Part shown: one piece after another, positions 14,116 through 31,400 of the stretch | Layout of the letters: each line of letters opens with the position of its first letter | Numbering within the stretch: the stretch's first letter is position 1 | Assembly: GCA_002269645.1 (NCBI GenBank) | Contig: NIVC01002096.1 | Coordinates: forward strand, 20,684 to 84,683 | Direction of reading: 5' to 3' | From: Macrostomum lignano | Lineage: Eukaryota | DNA length: 64,000 bases | Program-made: the position numbers and the translations under genes | Notes under the pieces: generated by a model | What the model was told of the DNA's origin: nothing | Seen by the model: the letters and a program-made list of their open reading frames with translations, nothing else | Databases searched by the model: none

Positions 14116-14596
14116 AAATACGTTTCTGCAGCCTATGGCCGGGCACAAGTGCAGGCTAATCAATACAAATACGTTTCTGTAGTCTATGGCCAGTGCAGGG
14201 TAATAAATACAGATACGTTTCTGCAGTCTATGGCCGGGCACAAGTGCAGGGTAATAAATGCAAATACGTTTCTGGAGTCTATGGCCGGGCACAAGTGCGG
14301 GGTAATAAATACAGATACGTTTCTGCAGTCTATGGCCGGGCACAAGTGCAGGGTAATAAATGCAAATACGTTTCTGGAGTCTATGGCCGGGCACAAGTGC
14401 GGGGTAATAAATACAGATACGTTTCTGCAGTCTATGGCCGGGCACAAGTGCAGGGTAATAAATGCAAATACGTTTCTGGAGTCTATGGCCGGACACAAGT
14501 GCAGGGTAATACGTAAATGCATATACGTTTCTGTAGTCTATGGCTTGGCAAAGTGCAGGGTAATAAATACAAATATGTTTCTGTAGTCTATGGCCC
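14116..14596 (+). repeat. 51-bp minisatellite with alternating dimer (102-bp higher-order unit)
   Basis: Units TACGTTTCTGCAGTCTATGGCC and TACGTTTCTGGAGTCTATGGCC alternate; 17-aa periodicity in the ORF track. Confidence 0.93.
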
Positions 14597-15044
14597 GCTT
14601 AAGTATCGAATAAAGAAACTTCCTTATTTACTAGCAAGCTCAGTTCCTATCCAGATAGGTTTTTAGTATTTCTCGACCGCTTCCTTTCCTATTTATCGCT
14701 TCGTTTTCCCAACCCCAACTGTCACCTGATGCTAATTCCTTTTAAAACTCCTAAGATCCCGATATCATGGTCTTTTTAACTGTCTACGCCTCTGACTGAC
14801 TGACTTTCTTACTTGCTTTCAGCTGTTGCCAATAAGCACGACCCCATCTACCCCGCCATCCCAGTCGGATCTGCCACGCCGCCCAACAGAAGAAAATCGT
14901 CAAAGACTCCCAAGAAAAGTTGCCGATGCACAAAAATACCTTTTTACTTTTGGGGTTCAATGGCTTTATTTGTATAGTTTTTGAGAGTGAAAGCTTTTAC
15001 AGTGGTTGATGAAATGTGAGAAGTACATTGATTGTGTAAATATG

Positions 15045-16190
15045 CGAGTGACTGACGGAGTGAATAGTAGAGTGACTGACGGAGTGAATAGTGTAGTGCC
15101 TGACGGAGTGAATAGTAGAGTGACTGATGAAGTGAATAGTAGAGTGCCTGATGGAGCGAATAGTAGAGTGACTGACGGAGTGAATAGTAGAGTGACTGAC
15201 GGAGTGAATAGTGTAGAACCTGACGGAGTGAATAGTAGAGTGACTGACGGAGTGAATAGTAGAGTGACTGACGGAGTGAATAGTAGAGTGACTGACGGAG
15301 TGAATAGTAGAGTGACTGACGGAGTGAATAGTAGAGAGACTGACGGAGTGAATAGTAGAGTGACTGACGGAGTGAATAGTAGAGTGACTGACGGAGTGAA
15401 TAGTAGAGTGACTGACGTAGTGAATAGTAGAGTAACGGACCGAAAGAATAGTAGAGTGACTGATAGAGCGAATAGTAGAGTGACTGATGGAGCGAATAGT
15501 AGAGTGACTGACGGAGTGAATAGTAGAGAGACTGACGGAGTGAATAGTAGAGTGACTGACGGAGTGAATAGTGTAGAACCTGACGGAGTGAATAGTAGAG
15601 TGACTGACGGAGTGAATAGTAGAGAGACTGACGGAGTGAATAGTAGAGTGACTGACGGAGTGAATAGTAGAGTGCCTGACGGAGTGAATAGTAGAGTGAC
15701 TGACGTAGTGAATAGTAGAGTAACGGACCGAAAGAATAGTAGAGTGACTGATAGAGCGAATAGTAGAGTGACTGATAGAGCGAATAGTAGAGTGACTGAT
15801 GGAGCGAATAGTAGAGTGACTGACGGAGCGAATAGTAGAGTGACTGACGGAGTGAATAGTGTAGTGCCTGACGGAGTGAATAGTAGAGTGACTGACGGAG
15901 TGAATAGTGTAGAGCCTGACGGAGTGAATAGTAGAGTGACTGACGGAGTGAATAGTAGAGTGACTGACGGAGTGAATAGTAGAGTGACTGACGGAGTGAA
16001 TAGTAGAGTGACTGACGGAGTGAATAGTAGAGTGACTGACGAAGTGAATAGTAGAGTGACTGACGGAGTGAATAGTAGAGTGACTGACGGAGTGAATAGT
16101 TGAGTGACTGACGGAGTGAATAGTGTAGTGCCTGACGGAGTGAATAGTAGAGTGACTGACAGAGTGAATAGTAGAGTGACGGACTGAGTG
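15045..16190 (+). repeat. 24-bp minisatellite (GAGTGACTGACGGAGTGAATAGTA)
   Basis: 8-aa periodic ORFs; the variant CGAAAG recurs at 15441 and 15729 (288 bp = 12 units). Confidence 0.96.
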
Positions 16191-16927
16191 AGCTATAAGG
16201 TGACCGACGGACGGAGTGAACAGAAAAGTGAATGAATTTAATAAAGAGTGAAAAGTACAGAGTATGGCTGTCATTAGAATAATGTGGCCCGCAAAAATCG
16301 GTAGAAAACATTTAAAAAAGCAACAGAAAAATGCAGAAATTATATTGAAGCAACTGCACGACCAATTTTCGTTCATCACAAGAAAGCACAAGGAGAGGCA
16401 AAAAGAACAACCGGCTCTCGCTGCCAGAAGAGGCGGCACATGTATTTCCAAGAAACACCAACAAAGCACAGGCCAGCAACAGAGCAGCATGGAGGAATTA
16501 TCCAATTTTTTCCCGCTTCGATCTTATCCGACGATCGTCGAGCTGTCCGCGGCAGTTCCAATTCAATTAGTTTCTCGGAAAGGCGACACGTCGAAGGTCA
16601 GCTGGGGACGCTGCCCCCCCCTCCTCCCATTTGGTGGGTTCTGTTTGCTAGAGAGAGCTGAGGGAACAGCGCATTTTTGTTCTAATTAAACGCATGCAAA
16701 ATCGGATTTTCGGGCAAAAGCAAAAAAGGGAAAGAAAGCGATAAGATGTCGTATAATTATTATTTTTGCTGAGCTGGTCACAGGTGCTTTGTGCTGTTTG
16801 AGTTCAAAGCCAGTGGGTTGACGAAGAACAGTTTGGACAGACAAATGAGCATTAATCATTTAGTTTGAGATTCAATACCCGTTTCATATCCACGAGTCAG
16901 TTGAGATATGTTTGAAACAGTTGAAAG

Positions 16928-17860
16928 GATTGAGATTCTATGGGTGAGATTCTAATGGGTGAGATTCTAAGGGGTGAGATTCTAATGGGTGAGATTCTAA
17001 TGGGTGAGATTCTAAGGGGTGAGATTCTAAGGGGTGAGTCTCTGAGGGGTAAACTTCTAAGGGGTGAGATTCTAAGGGGTTGGATTCTAAGGGGTGAGAT
17101 TCTAAGGGGTGGGATTCTAAGGGGTGAGATTCTAAGGGGTGAGATTCTAAGGGGTGAGATTCTAAGGGGTGAGATTCTAAGGGGTGGGATTCTAAGGGGT
17201 GGGATTCTAAGGGGTGAGATTCTAAGGGGTGAGATTCTAAAGGGTGAGATTCTAAGGGTGAGATTCTAGGGGTGAGATTCTAGGGTGAGATTCTAAGGGG
17301 TGAGATTCTGAAGGTGAGTTCTAATGGATGAGATTCTAAAGGGTGAGATTCTAAGGGTGAGATTCTAGGGGTGAGATTCTAGGGTGAGATTCTAAGGGGT
17401 GAGATTCTAAAGGTGAGATTCTAAGGGGTGGGATTCTAAGGGGTGAGATTCTAAGGGGTGGGATTCTAAGGGGTGAGATTTTAAGAACGGAGATTTTAAG
17501 AACTGAGATTCTAAGGGGTGAGATTCTAAGGGATGGGGTTTTAAGAACTGAGATTCTAAGGGCTGGGATTCTAAGGGGTGAGATTCTAAGGGGTGAGATT
17601 CTAAGGGATGAGATTTTAAGGGGTGGGATTCTAAGGGGTGAGATTCTAAGGGATGAGATTTTAAGAACTGAGATTCTAAGGGGTGAGATTCTAAGGGGTG
17701 GGATTCTAAGGGGTGAGATTCTAAGGGGTGGGATTCTAAGGGATGAGATTTTAAGGGGTGGGATTCTAAGGGGTGAGATTCTAAGGGATGAGATTTTAAG
17801 AACTGAGATGCTAAGAAGTGATATTCTAATGGGTGAGACTCTAAGAGCTGAGATTCATAG
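16928..17860 (+). repeat. 15-bp G-rich minisatellite (GAGATTCTAAGGGGT)
   Basis: Direct reading; G4 run in most units. Confidence 0.95.
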
Positions 17861-18301
17861 AGCTGACGTTTGAAGAAGTTAAAGTTGGAACATTTCCGAA
17901 TATCACACTGTGGATTCTGCTAATCAATAGGCAATGCCTTCGGGCGGCTTTTTACTGTTTCAAAAATTGTTGTTTAATAATTATTTTTTTATTATAATTC
18001 AAAAAGCTCTTATAATTTTCCAATACAAAACTTGAAGAATTCGCATATATAACTACTATTGGTAGAACCTAAAAATACGAAAAAAATACTCAATTTATTC
18101 GATCTTTCAGTGTCTACATTGTACAAAAAAGACAAAACTGGCAGACAAACTCTAACAATACGATAAAATGTAGAACTATTTGAATACAAAACTAAATGAT
18201 TTGAAAAATGCTCACAGTTGCAATACAGATAACGATTGCTAATATGATAAAAGCAAATGTTATGCCTTAAAAGGAGTTCAAAGGCGATAGAGGGAGGGTG
18301 G

Positions 18302-19290
18302 TGTCAGTGTCTCTAGAAGCATGTCAGTGTCTCTAGAAGCATGTCAGCGTCTCTAGAAGCATGTCAGTGTCTCTAGAAGCATGTCAGTGTCTCTAGAAGC
18401 ATGTCAGTGTCTCTAGAAGCATGTCAGTGTCTCTAGAAGCATGTCAGCGTCTCTAGAAGCATGTCAGTGTCTCTAGAAGCATGTCAGTGTCTCTAGAAGC
18501 ATGTCAGCGTCTCTAGAAGCATGTCAGCGTCTCTAGAAGCATGTCAGTGTCTCTAGAAGCATGTCAGTGTCTCTAGAAGCATGTCAGTGTCTCTAGAAGC
18601 ATGTCAGCGTCTCTAGAAGCATGTCAGTGTCTCTAGAAGCATGTCAGTGTCTCTAGAAGCATGTCAGTGTCTCTAGAAGCATGTCAGTGTCTCTAGAGTG
18701 GTGTCAGTGTCTCTAGAAGGTAGTCAGTGTCTCTAGAAGGTAGTCAGTGTCTCTAGAAGGTATTCAGTGTCTCTAGAGGGGTGTCAGTGTCTCTAGAAGG
18801 TAGTCAGTGTCTCTAGAAGGTAGTCAGTGTCTCTAGAAGGTAGTCAGTGTCTCTAGAAGGTAGTCAGTGTCTCTAGAAGGTAGTCAGTGTCTCTAGAAGG
18901 TAGTCAGTGTCTCTAGAAGGTAGTCAGTGTCTCTAGAAGGTAGTCAGTGTCTCTAGAAGGTAGTCAGTGTCTCTAGAAGGTAGTCAGTGTCTCTAGAAGG
19001 TAGTCAGTGTCTCTAGAAGGTAGTCAGTGTCTCTAGAAGGTAGTCAGTGTCTCTAGAAGGTAGTCAGTGTCTCTAGAAGGTAGTCAGTGTCTCTAGAAGG
19101 TAGTCAGTGTCTCTAGAAGGTAGTCAGTGTCTCTAGAAGGTAGTCAGTGTCTCTAGAAGGTAGTCAGTGTCTCTAGAAGGTAGTCAGTGTCTCTAGAAGG
19201 TAGTCAGTGTCTCTAGAAGGTAGTCAGTGTCTCTAGAAGGTAGTCAGTGTCTCTAGAAGGTAGTCAGTGTCTCTAGAAGCATGTCTGTGT
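18302..19290 (+). repeat. 20-bp minisatellite (GTCAGTGTCTCTAGAAGCAT then GTCAGTGTCTCTAGAAGGTA)
   Basis: Two homogenised sub-domains switching at about 18700. Confidence 0.97.
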
Positions 19291-19350
19291 CTCTTCATGT
19301 ATGTCAATATTTCTGAGAAGTTTGGTCATATATAAAAGCTCCAATTGCAG

Positions 19351-23874
<4,524 letters not shown>

Positions 23875-24621
23875 GCACTTCTCGGCTCTGTTAGTCATCA
23901 TTCTAGCAACTATTCAATTCAAGCGCTTATTTCTGATGGACAAACAAACTAAAAAGCTTGAAGGCTTGAGCAGAGATATGATGGGTTTTTGCGGATGTCT
24001 TCCGTATTTAAAAATGAAGAAAGAAAAAATCCAGCTGGCTATTTTGTTTTTTTCCAAGCCAAACAAGTTTGAGTATTGTACACTGCTCTCCTGTCTCTCC
24101 GTCTCTTCTATTCATCTATCAATTGTTTCAGCTCTCCAGTCCAACCCCTGCAGCGCTTTACTTTACTGCCGAGATTTTATTTCACTGACTGAAGCCTCAA
24201 ACTTAAATGCGCCGAGTTACGCGGTACAAACGCCCACTCAAAGTCAGAGAATACAGTAATTTATAAACAATGTTCTCAACTGTCTCCCTCAGATACCTGC
24301 AGCTAGTTGGTGGGGTATTGCACTTGCACAAAAGCTTTTACAGTCTATCTGTATCTCGAATAATGTCGAATATAGAGCTGCCAACGACCGCCAATATGGC
24401 AGTAAAAGGGACCTACAACAGATAAGTACAAGAAAGTTTGATGTGCGACGGAAGCCCCCCCCCGTCCCCCGTGTCTCTGGGGTGACGCAGAGGTATTTAT
24501 TCGATACAATGGAAGCTTTTATGTCAGAAAACACAAAGTTGAACGCGAATAATAATTATTGCAAGTAAAAAACATCTACACTCAGCGACATCTTACAGTT
24601 TCTCTCACGAAACCAGAACTC

Positions 24622-24884
<263 letters not shown>

Positions 24885-25465
24885 TTATACGAGTACTACA
24901 CATTAAAGAGACGCCACGTAGGTTTACCCAATCAAACACTATTAGCTACATGAAATGTCAAACGCACATCTGCCCCACCGTCTATACTGCTGTCTCTGGA
25001 ATGCATAGCTGTCAGGCATAAGTCTCTATATGCCCTTAAAACCCCAGCAAAGCAAACAGGCGGAGCTGCCCAGATAAGAAATCCACATATGCCCGGCTGC
25101 AGCTGTATAATCCGACCACTTTAGGATGCAATGCGACCGAATTCGGCAATTTCAGTTTTGTCGCGGAACCACTTCGGCAAATGGTCGTCTAGCGGAGTTG
25201 CAGTTTGACATGCACGCGCTCCGGAATAGAAAAACATATCCCCAAGCGTTCTTGGGCTTCCCCAAGGGAATTAAAACGAACACAGCAGTTCGAATCTGTA
25301 GAATGAATATATTTACGCACAGCCCCACTCGATATTTTGGTTTCGAGTTTGAATTCAAACTTTTCAATTTCGACAATTTCTGAGCTTCCGAATTAGTCGG
25401 TCAGATTTATACTAAATGCCTCTTCGTTGTCAACAAAGAAACATTAGTAACCTTGTTAGATTATT

Positions 25466-26561
25466 ATGCAGAAGCTTCTGCTGCTATCTGCTACTCACTA
25501 CTGACTATGACCTGCATCGTGCAATGTGAGTGACGGTTCTTTAGCTCGAATTATAATAGAATTTCAGTTACTGCAGTTGACAGGCACTAAAGTAAAAACA
25601 CTCAAGTAACAGACTAGTTTACAGACACTTCAGTCAACAGACTAGTTTACAGACACTTCAGTTAACAGACTAGTTTACAGACACTTCAGTTAACAGACTA
25701 GTTTACAGACACTTCAGTTAACAGACTAGTTTACAGACACTTCAGTCAACAGACTAGTTTACAGACACTTCAGTTAACAGAGTCCTAGTTTACAGACACT
25801 TCAGTCAACAGACTACTGGCTTACAGACACTTGAGTCAACAGACTAGTTTACAGACACTTCAGTCAACAGACTAGTTTACAGACACTTGAGTCAACAGAC
25901 TAGTTTACAGACACTTCAGTTAACAGACTAGTTTACAGACACTTCAGTTAACAGACTAGTTTACAGACACTTCAGTTAACAGAAGAGTTTACAGACACTT
26001 CAGTTAACAGAAGAGTTTACAGACACTTCAGTTAACAGAAGAGTTTACAGACACTTCAGTCACTGTTGCATTATTAGTGCAACCCTATGCATCAAACTTA
26101 CTTTTTTACCCACAGTCTCATCCGCAAGCATTGACTGCTTCGTCTGCGAGTCAATCAACGGCTCCAATCCAGCCTGTCACGACCCGTTTGACTCCCGACC
26201 AGCCGCCGGCGCCCAGCTTGTCCAGGACTGCCGTCAGGGTCGTTTAGGTCGATCTGGCCAATTCCCAGCGCGCTACTGCTTCAAGCTCAAAGGTCGCCAG
26301 CAGTCCAACGGTCAGCAGGTGCTGATTCGACGGTGCTCAATTGACACACTAATAGAGAATTCTAAGAATAGCCACTGCGGTCGGTTTGCCGTCACTAAGT
26401 CGCTAATTGGGCAGGCTGAACAATCTGATGATAGCAGAGAATATTTTGACGGATGCGTGTCAATGTGCCGCTACGACGGCTGCAACGGCGCCGCAGCTGA
26501 TAGCGCCAGTTTGCTTACTAATGCGCTCCTCGCACTGACGCTCGTTTTAGCTCGCTTATAA
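25466..26561 (+). CDS. GPI-anchored Ly6/uPAR three-finger protein (quiver/sleepless-like), 2 exons
   Basis: Exon 2 (26116-26561, after CCCACAG) encodes IDCFVCESINGSNPACHDPF...GCVSMCRYDGCN with 10 Cys, the terminal CN motif and a hydrophobic GPI-signal tail. Exon 1 ends at 25525 (GTGAGT donor). The start at 25466 (MQKLLLLSA) needs a +1 correction to join the exon-2 frame, so the 5' end is uncertain. Confidence 0.85.
25610..26060 (+). repeat. 28-bp minisatellite (ACAGACTAGTTTACAGACACTTCAGTCA) in the Ly6 intron
   Basis: Period measured 25637 to 25665. Confidence 0.94.
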
Positions 26562-26616
26562 AGTTTTGAGCGCCTCATGTGTGACCGTGAATTTTTACTC
26601 AGCTTGGTTTTGTTTG

Positions 26617-27385
26617 CCGCTCATTACAGGCTGCTTGCTACAGGCCGCTCATTACAGGCCGCTCATTACAGGCTGCTCATTACAGGCCGCTCATTACAGG
26701 CTGCTTATTATTACAGGCTGGTCATTACAGGCTTGCTCATTACAGGCTGCTTATTTTTACAGGCTGGTCATTACAGGCTTGCTCATTACAGGCCGCTCAT
26801 TACAGGCCGCTCATTACAGGCTGCTTGCTACAGGCCGCTCATTACAGGCTGCTTATTATTACAGGCTGGTCATTACAGGCTTGCTCATTACAGGCTGCTT
26901 ATTTTTACAGGCTGGTCATTACAGGCTTGCTCATTACAGGCTGCTTATTTTTACAGGCTGGTCATTACAGGCTTGCTCATTACAGGCCGCTCATTACAGG
27001 CTGCTTGCTACAGGCCGCTCATTACAGGCTGCTTATTTTTACAGGCTGGTCATTACAGGCTTGCTCATTACAGGCCGCTCATTACAGGCCGCTCATTACA
27101 GGCCGCTCATTACAGGCTGCTTGCTACAGGCCGCTCATTACAGACTGCTCATTACAGGCCGCTCATTACAGGCTGCTCATTACAGGCCGCTCATTACAGG
27201 CTGTTCAATACAGAATGCTCATTACAGGCTGGTCATTAGAGGCCGCTCATTACAGGCTGGTCATTAGAGGCTGGTCATTACAGGCTGGTCATTAGAGGCC
27301 GCTCATTACAGGCTGTTCATTACAGGCCACTCATTACAGACCGCTTTTATTACAGGCCACTCACTAAAGGCCACTCATTACAGTA
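26617..27385 (+). repeat. composite minisatellite built on 14-bp TCATTACAGGCCGC variants
   Basis: Direct reading; explains three overlapping repetitive ORFs 3' of the Ly6 stop. Confidence 0.93.
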
Positions 27386-27952
27386 AAAATGCAGAATCAT
27401 TTTTCGACCTTCGCACTATTGCGAATTGACATATATACTACTAATTAATAAGTAGCTTACGAGTACAGCAACAATAAAAAATAATGCAAGGTTAACACTT
27501 TCACATTGATTTAATTGACTAAGTTTTGCTCATTGAATCAAGCTGTATATCAGTAATTTACATTTGTTTCATTTATCCTATCAGTCTTTAGTGCATTGTG
27601 TTGGAGCGAAAAAATAATTATTTAGCCATATGCTTAAATAAAAATAATTCTAGAAACAAAATACTTTGGAAGCTGTAACCAAGAGATAAGAAAAATGGAT
27701 TTTTTTGAACTATTGAAGTGTCACACAGGTTCACGCCATTCAATACTGTACATTGTTTACATAGGTACTCAAAATAATACAAAAAATGCAGTCAATTTGT
27801 TTGGAAAGAAACTTGACCAGCAGTTCAGCAGGTACTTTTGTTAATTATTGCAGTCATTAGCGCGTTTCTGTCTGCTTGTAAATCATTGTTTGCTTTAATT
27901 TTTTGGCACATTGTAAAACTAACCCTAGACTTGGTAAACTTTAAGTTTTCGA

Positions 27953-28425
27953 AATGATCCCAAATTCCCATAACTATCCAAAATGATCCCAAATCCCCAT
28001 AGCTATCTAAAATGATCTCAAATCCCCATAACTATCCAAAATGATCCCAAATCCCCATAGCTATCCAAAATGATCCCAAATACCCATAGCTATCCAAAAT
28101 GATCCCAAATCCCCAAAGCTACCCAAAATGATCCCAAATCCCCAAAGCTACCCAAAATGATCCCAAATCCCCATAGCAATCCAAAATGATCTCAAATCCC
28201 CATAGCTATCTAAAATGATCCCAAATCCCCATAGCTATCCAAAATGATCCCAAATACCCATAGCTATCCAAAATGATCTCAAATCCCCATAGCTATCCAA
28301 AATGATCCCAAATCCCCATAGCTATCCAAAATGATCTCAAATCCCCATAGCTATCCAAAATGATCCCAAATCCCCATAGGTACCCAAAATGATCCCAAAT
28401 CCTCTCCAAAATAATCCCAAATCCC
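27953..28425 (+). repeat. 29-bp minisatellite (CCAAAATGATCCCAAATCCCCATAGCTAT)
   Basis: Direct reading; begins about 40 bp 3' of the glomulin stop. Confidence 0.94.
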
Positions 28426-28463
28426 AGCGTCACTCCGATTGTAGCGATGAATCAAATTATTTG

Positions 28464-31400
28464 TCAGTGATCACACGGTAAGATCGCTGGATCCCAGTTA
28501 TCATTGGGTATGTGCGTCACCTCCGTGGCGTCTCGCACGTACGGATTGTTGGCGTCCCCCTCCGGTCGGGGAGCCGCTGCCACCCAAGACGGTCGCAGTC
28601 GATCCAGTGCGTCGCTGGCCTCGCCGTGAACAAAGACCAGCAGTTCCAGACGGTTAAGCGCCTCTCGCATCACCTGACGCTTCTCAGTTCGAGACATGGG
28701 CGGCAGGGGCACCCCGCCAACTGAGATGCTCGGCTCGATGCCGTCCGCTCGCATCTCCTCGGCTGGCACGATTAGATCTTCCTCCGTGGTCGGATTGCGA
28801 TACTCAGCCTGCAATTGAAAATGTGAACTTTCGATACATATCGGCTCGTAATCTTTATTTCATTTTAACATAATTTCGATACATGTCGGCTCGGAACCTA
28901 TAATTCAATTGAAGTTTTTTGATACATATCAGAGCGCAATTTTTATCTTGATTAAAGTTATTTTTCGATACATATCGGCTCCGAATTTTAGTTTCAATTC
29001 AAGATATTTTCGATACATATCGGCTGGGAATCTTTAAAATTCGATTTCAAGTTTTTTGATACATATCGGAGCACAATTTTTATCTTGATTTAGGTTATTT
29101 TTCAAAAAATATCGGATTGAATGTTTACTTGTTTTATTATTTTCGATACATATCGGCAAGAAAAAATACACCAATATAACTATTACCTTATAGTGCGCCA
29201 TTGACATGTTAAATCCGGTGCGCATCTCGTCTAAATAGGTCTCTTGAATTTTCTGATACTTATTCCAGAATAGTGTACGGTTCCTGCCGTCTCGCATGGT
29301 TAGAAATTTGAGCAGATTGAGACCTGCTAGAAGAGCCTCGCCCTCCTCCAGCATATCCGACACCGCGCCCCTAGGCAGGCTAAACGCTTTCTCAAGCATT
29401 CTCAAAGCAGACGAACCGGTGAACAGGTCCACCTGTTGACAGGTTTTACCAGAGTCAGCCAATTCAATAGCTAAAGCGATTTGATCTTTTAGCCGGCTGA
29501 TGAAGAAGCCCCGGCAGCTGGGATGGTCCTGAGAGTGGAGGCTGCGCAGGATGGCTCGATGCCGGCCAACGGGTCCAATAGCGGCAAAGATGGCGGACAG
29601 GCAGTCCAGGGCCAGCTTCCGGCAGTCGGAGGCTGGGTGATGGATGAGGCAACGCTGCAGTGAGGACCAGAATTCGACAAACTCCTCGAGATCCCATAGG
29701 CCGGGATCGAGAGAGTCCGGGCTGAGCAGCAGACGGTTAAGCACGGTTAGGGCGGCTCGAGCTGAGGCCGACATCTCGGCTGATAGGGAAGCTGAGAGCA
29801 CCGGCAGGAGGCGCCTCATCAGGTAGGCGCTGGAGTACACCTGCCCAGTGACGAGTTATTGGGCAACTGTCATTACTAGAAAGGATACTAAATAAGATGA
29901 GAACAGTCTGCTCCCCTGCTCCCCTGATGCTCCCCTGATCTCAAACACCCTGATAGAGAGGATATAATCCCACACACACCTGGTAGATGGGATATAATCC
30001 CACACACACCTGATAGATGGGATATAATCCCACACACACCTTATAGATGGGATATAATCCCACACACACCTGATAGATGGGATATAATCCCACACACACC
30101 TGATAGAGGGGATATAATCCCACACACACCTGATAGATGGGATATAATCCCACACACACCTGATAGATGGGATATAATCCCACACACACCTGATAGATGG
30201 GATATAATCCCACACACACCTGATAGAGGGGATATAATCCCACACACACCTGATAGATGGGATATAATCCCACACACACCTGATAGATGGGATATAATCC
30301 CACACACACCTGATAGATGGGATATAATCCCACACACACCTGATAGAGGGGATATAATCCCACACACACCTGATAGATGGGATATAATCCCACACACACC
30401 TGATAGATGGGATATAATCCCACACACACCTGATAGATGGGATATAATCCCACACACACCTGATAGATGGGATATAATCCCGCACACACACCTGATAGAG
30501 GGGATATAATCCCACACACCTAATAGAGGGAATATAATCCCACACACCTGAGAGGGAATATAATCCCACACACCTAATAGAGGGGATAGAATCCCACACA
30601 CACCTGATAGAGGGGATATAACCCCTACACACCTAATTGAATGGGATATAATCCCATACACAACCTGATAGAGGGGATATAACCCCCACACAACCTGATA
30701 GAGGGGATATAACCCCTACACACCTAATTGAATGGGATATAATCCCATACACAACCTGATAGAGGGGATATAACCCCCACACAACCTGATAGAGGGGATA
30801 TAACCCCCACACACCTAATTGAATGGGATATAATCGCACACACACGCCTGATAGAGGGGATGTAATACCACATGCACTCCATAGAGGGTATATAATCAAA
30901 AAATGCACCTGATAGAGGGGATAATCCCACATGCACTAGAGGGGATATAATCGCACATACCCCATAGAGGGGATATAATCCCACACACTTGATAAGGGGG
31001 ATATAATCCCACACACACCTGATAAGGCGGATATAATATAGGACAATGAACATCCCACACTCACCTGAGGAAAAGCAGCGCCAAGCCCGCAGGCTCCAGT
31101 CAGAACAACAAACGCCAAAGCCAATCTGGCCTGAGAGGATGCAGTGACATCATCAACAGACCCATTCAGCACCAGATCGACCAGGCGATGGCCCAGCACA
31201 CCAGTTAGCAGTTTGGTGACTTCCGCAGCTAATTCGCAAGCATCGGATTTAAGCCGCTGATCCTTACCGGTCCAGCACAGATCCGCAGGCAGCAGCGGTT
31301 TCTCCAGCAATTTAAGCCCGCTATTAGTCACAGCTCGAACTAGTCTATTCGGCGGATTCGAACCCGCGTCCTGCAACAAATCGTTCATGAATTGCACTAG

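Noticed and set aside
14944-16505. ORFs of 365-502 aa on both strands (RVTDGVNS, YYSLRQSL, HSVSHSTI repeats)
   Set aside because: Translation of the 24-bp array; ice-nucleation- or mucin-like appearance is coincidental.
28831-29157. CRISPR array
   Set aside because: Eukaryotic intron, no cas genes, 14-bp core too short, and spacers are related to each other.
29856-30691. Cys/Trp-rich repetitive ORFs
   Set aside because: Lie in a glomulin intron bounded by canonical splice sites; 30-bp repeat artefact.
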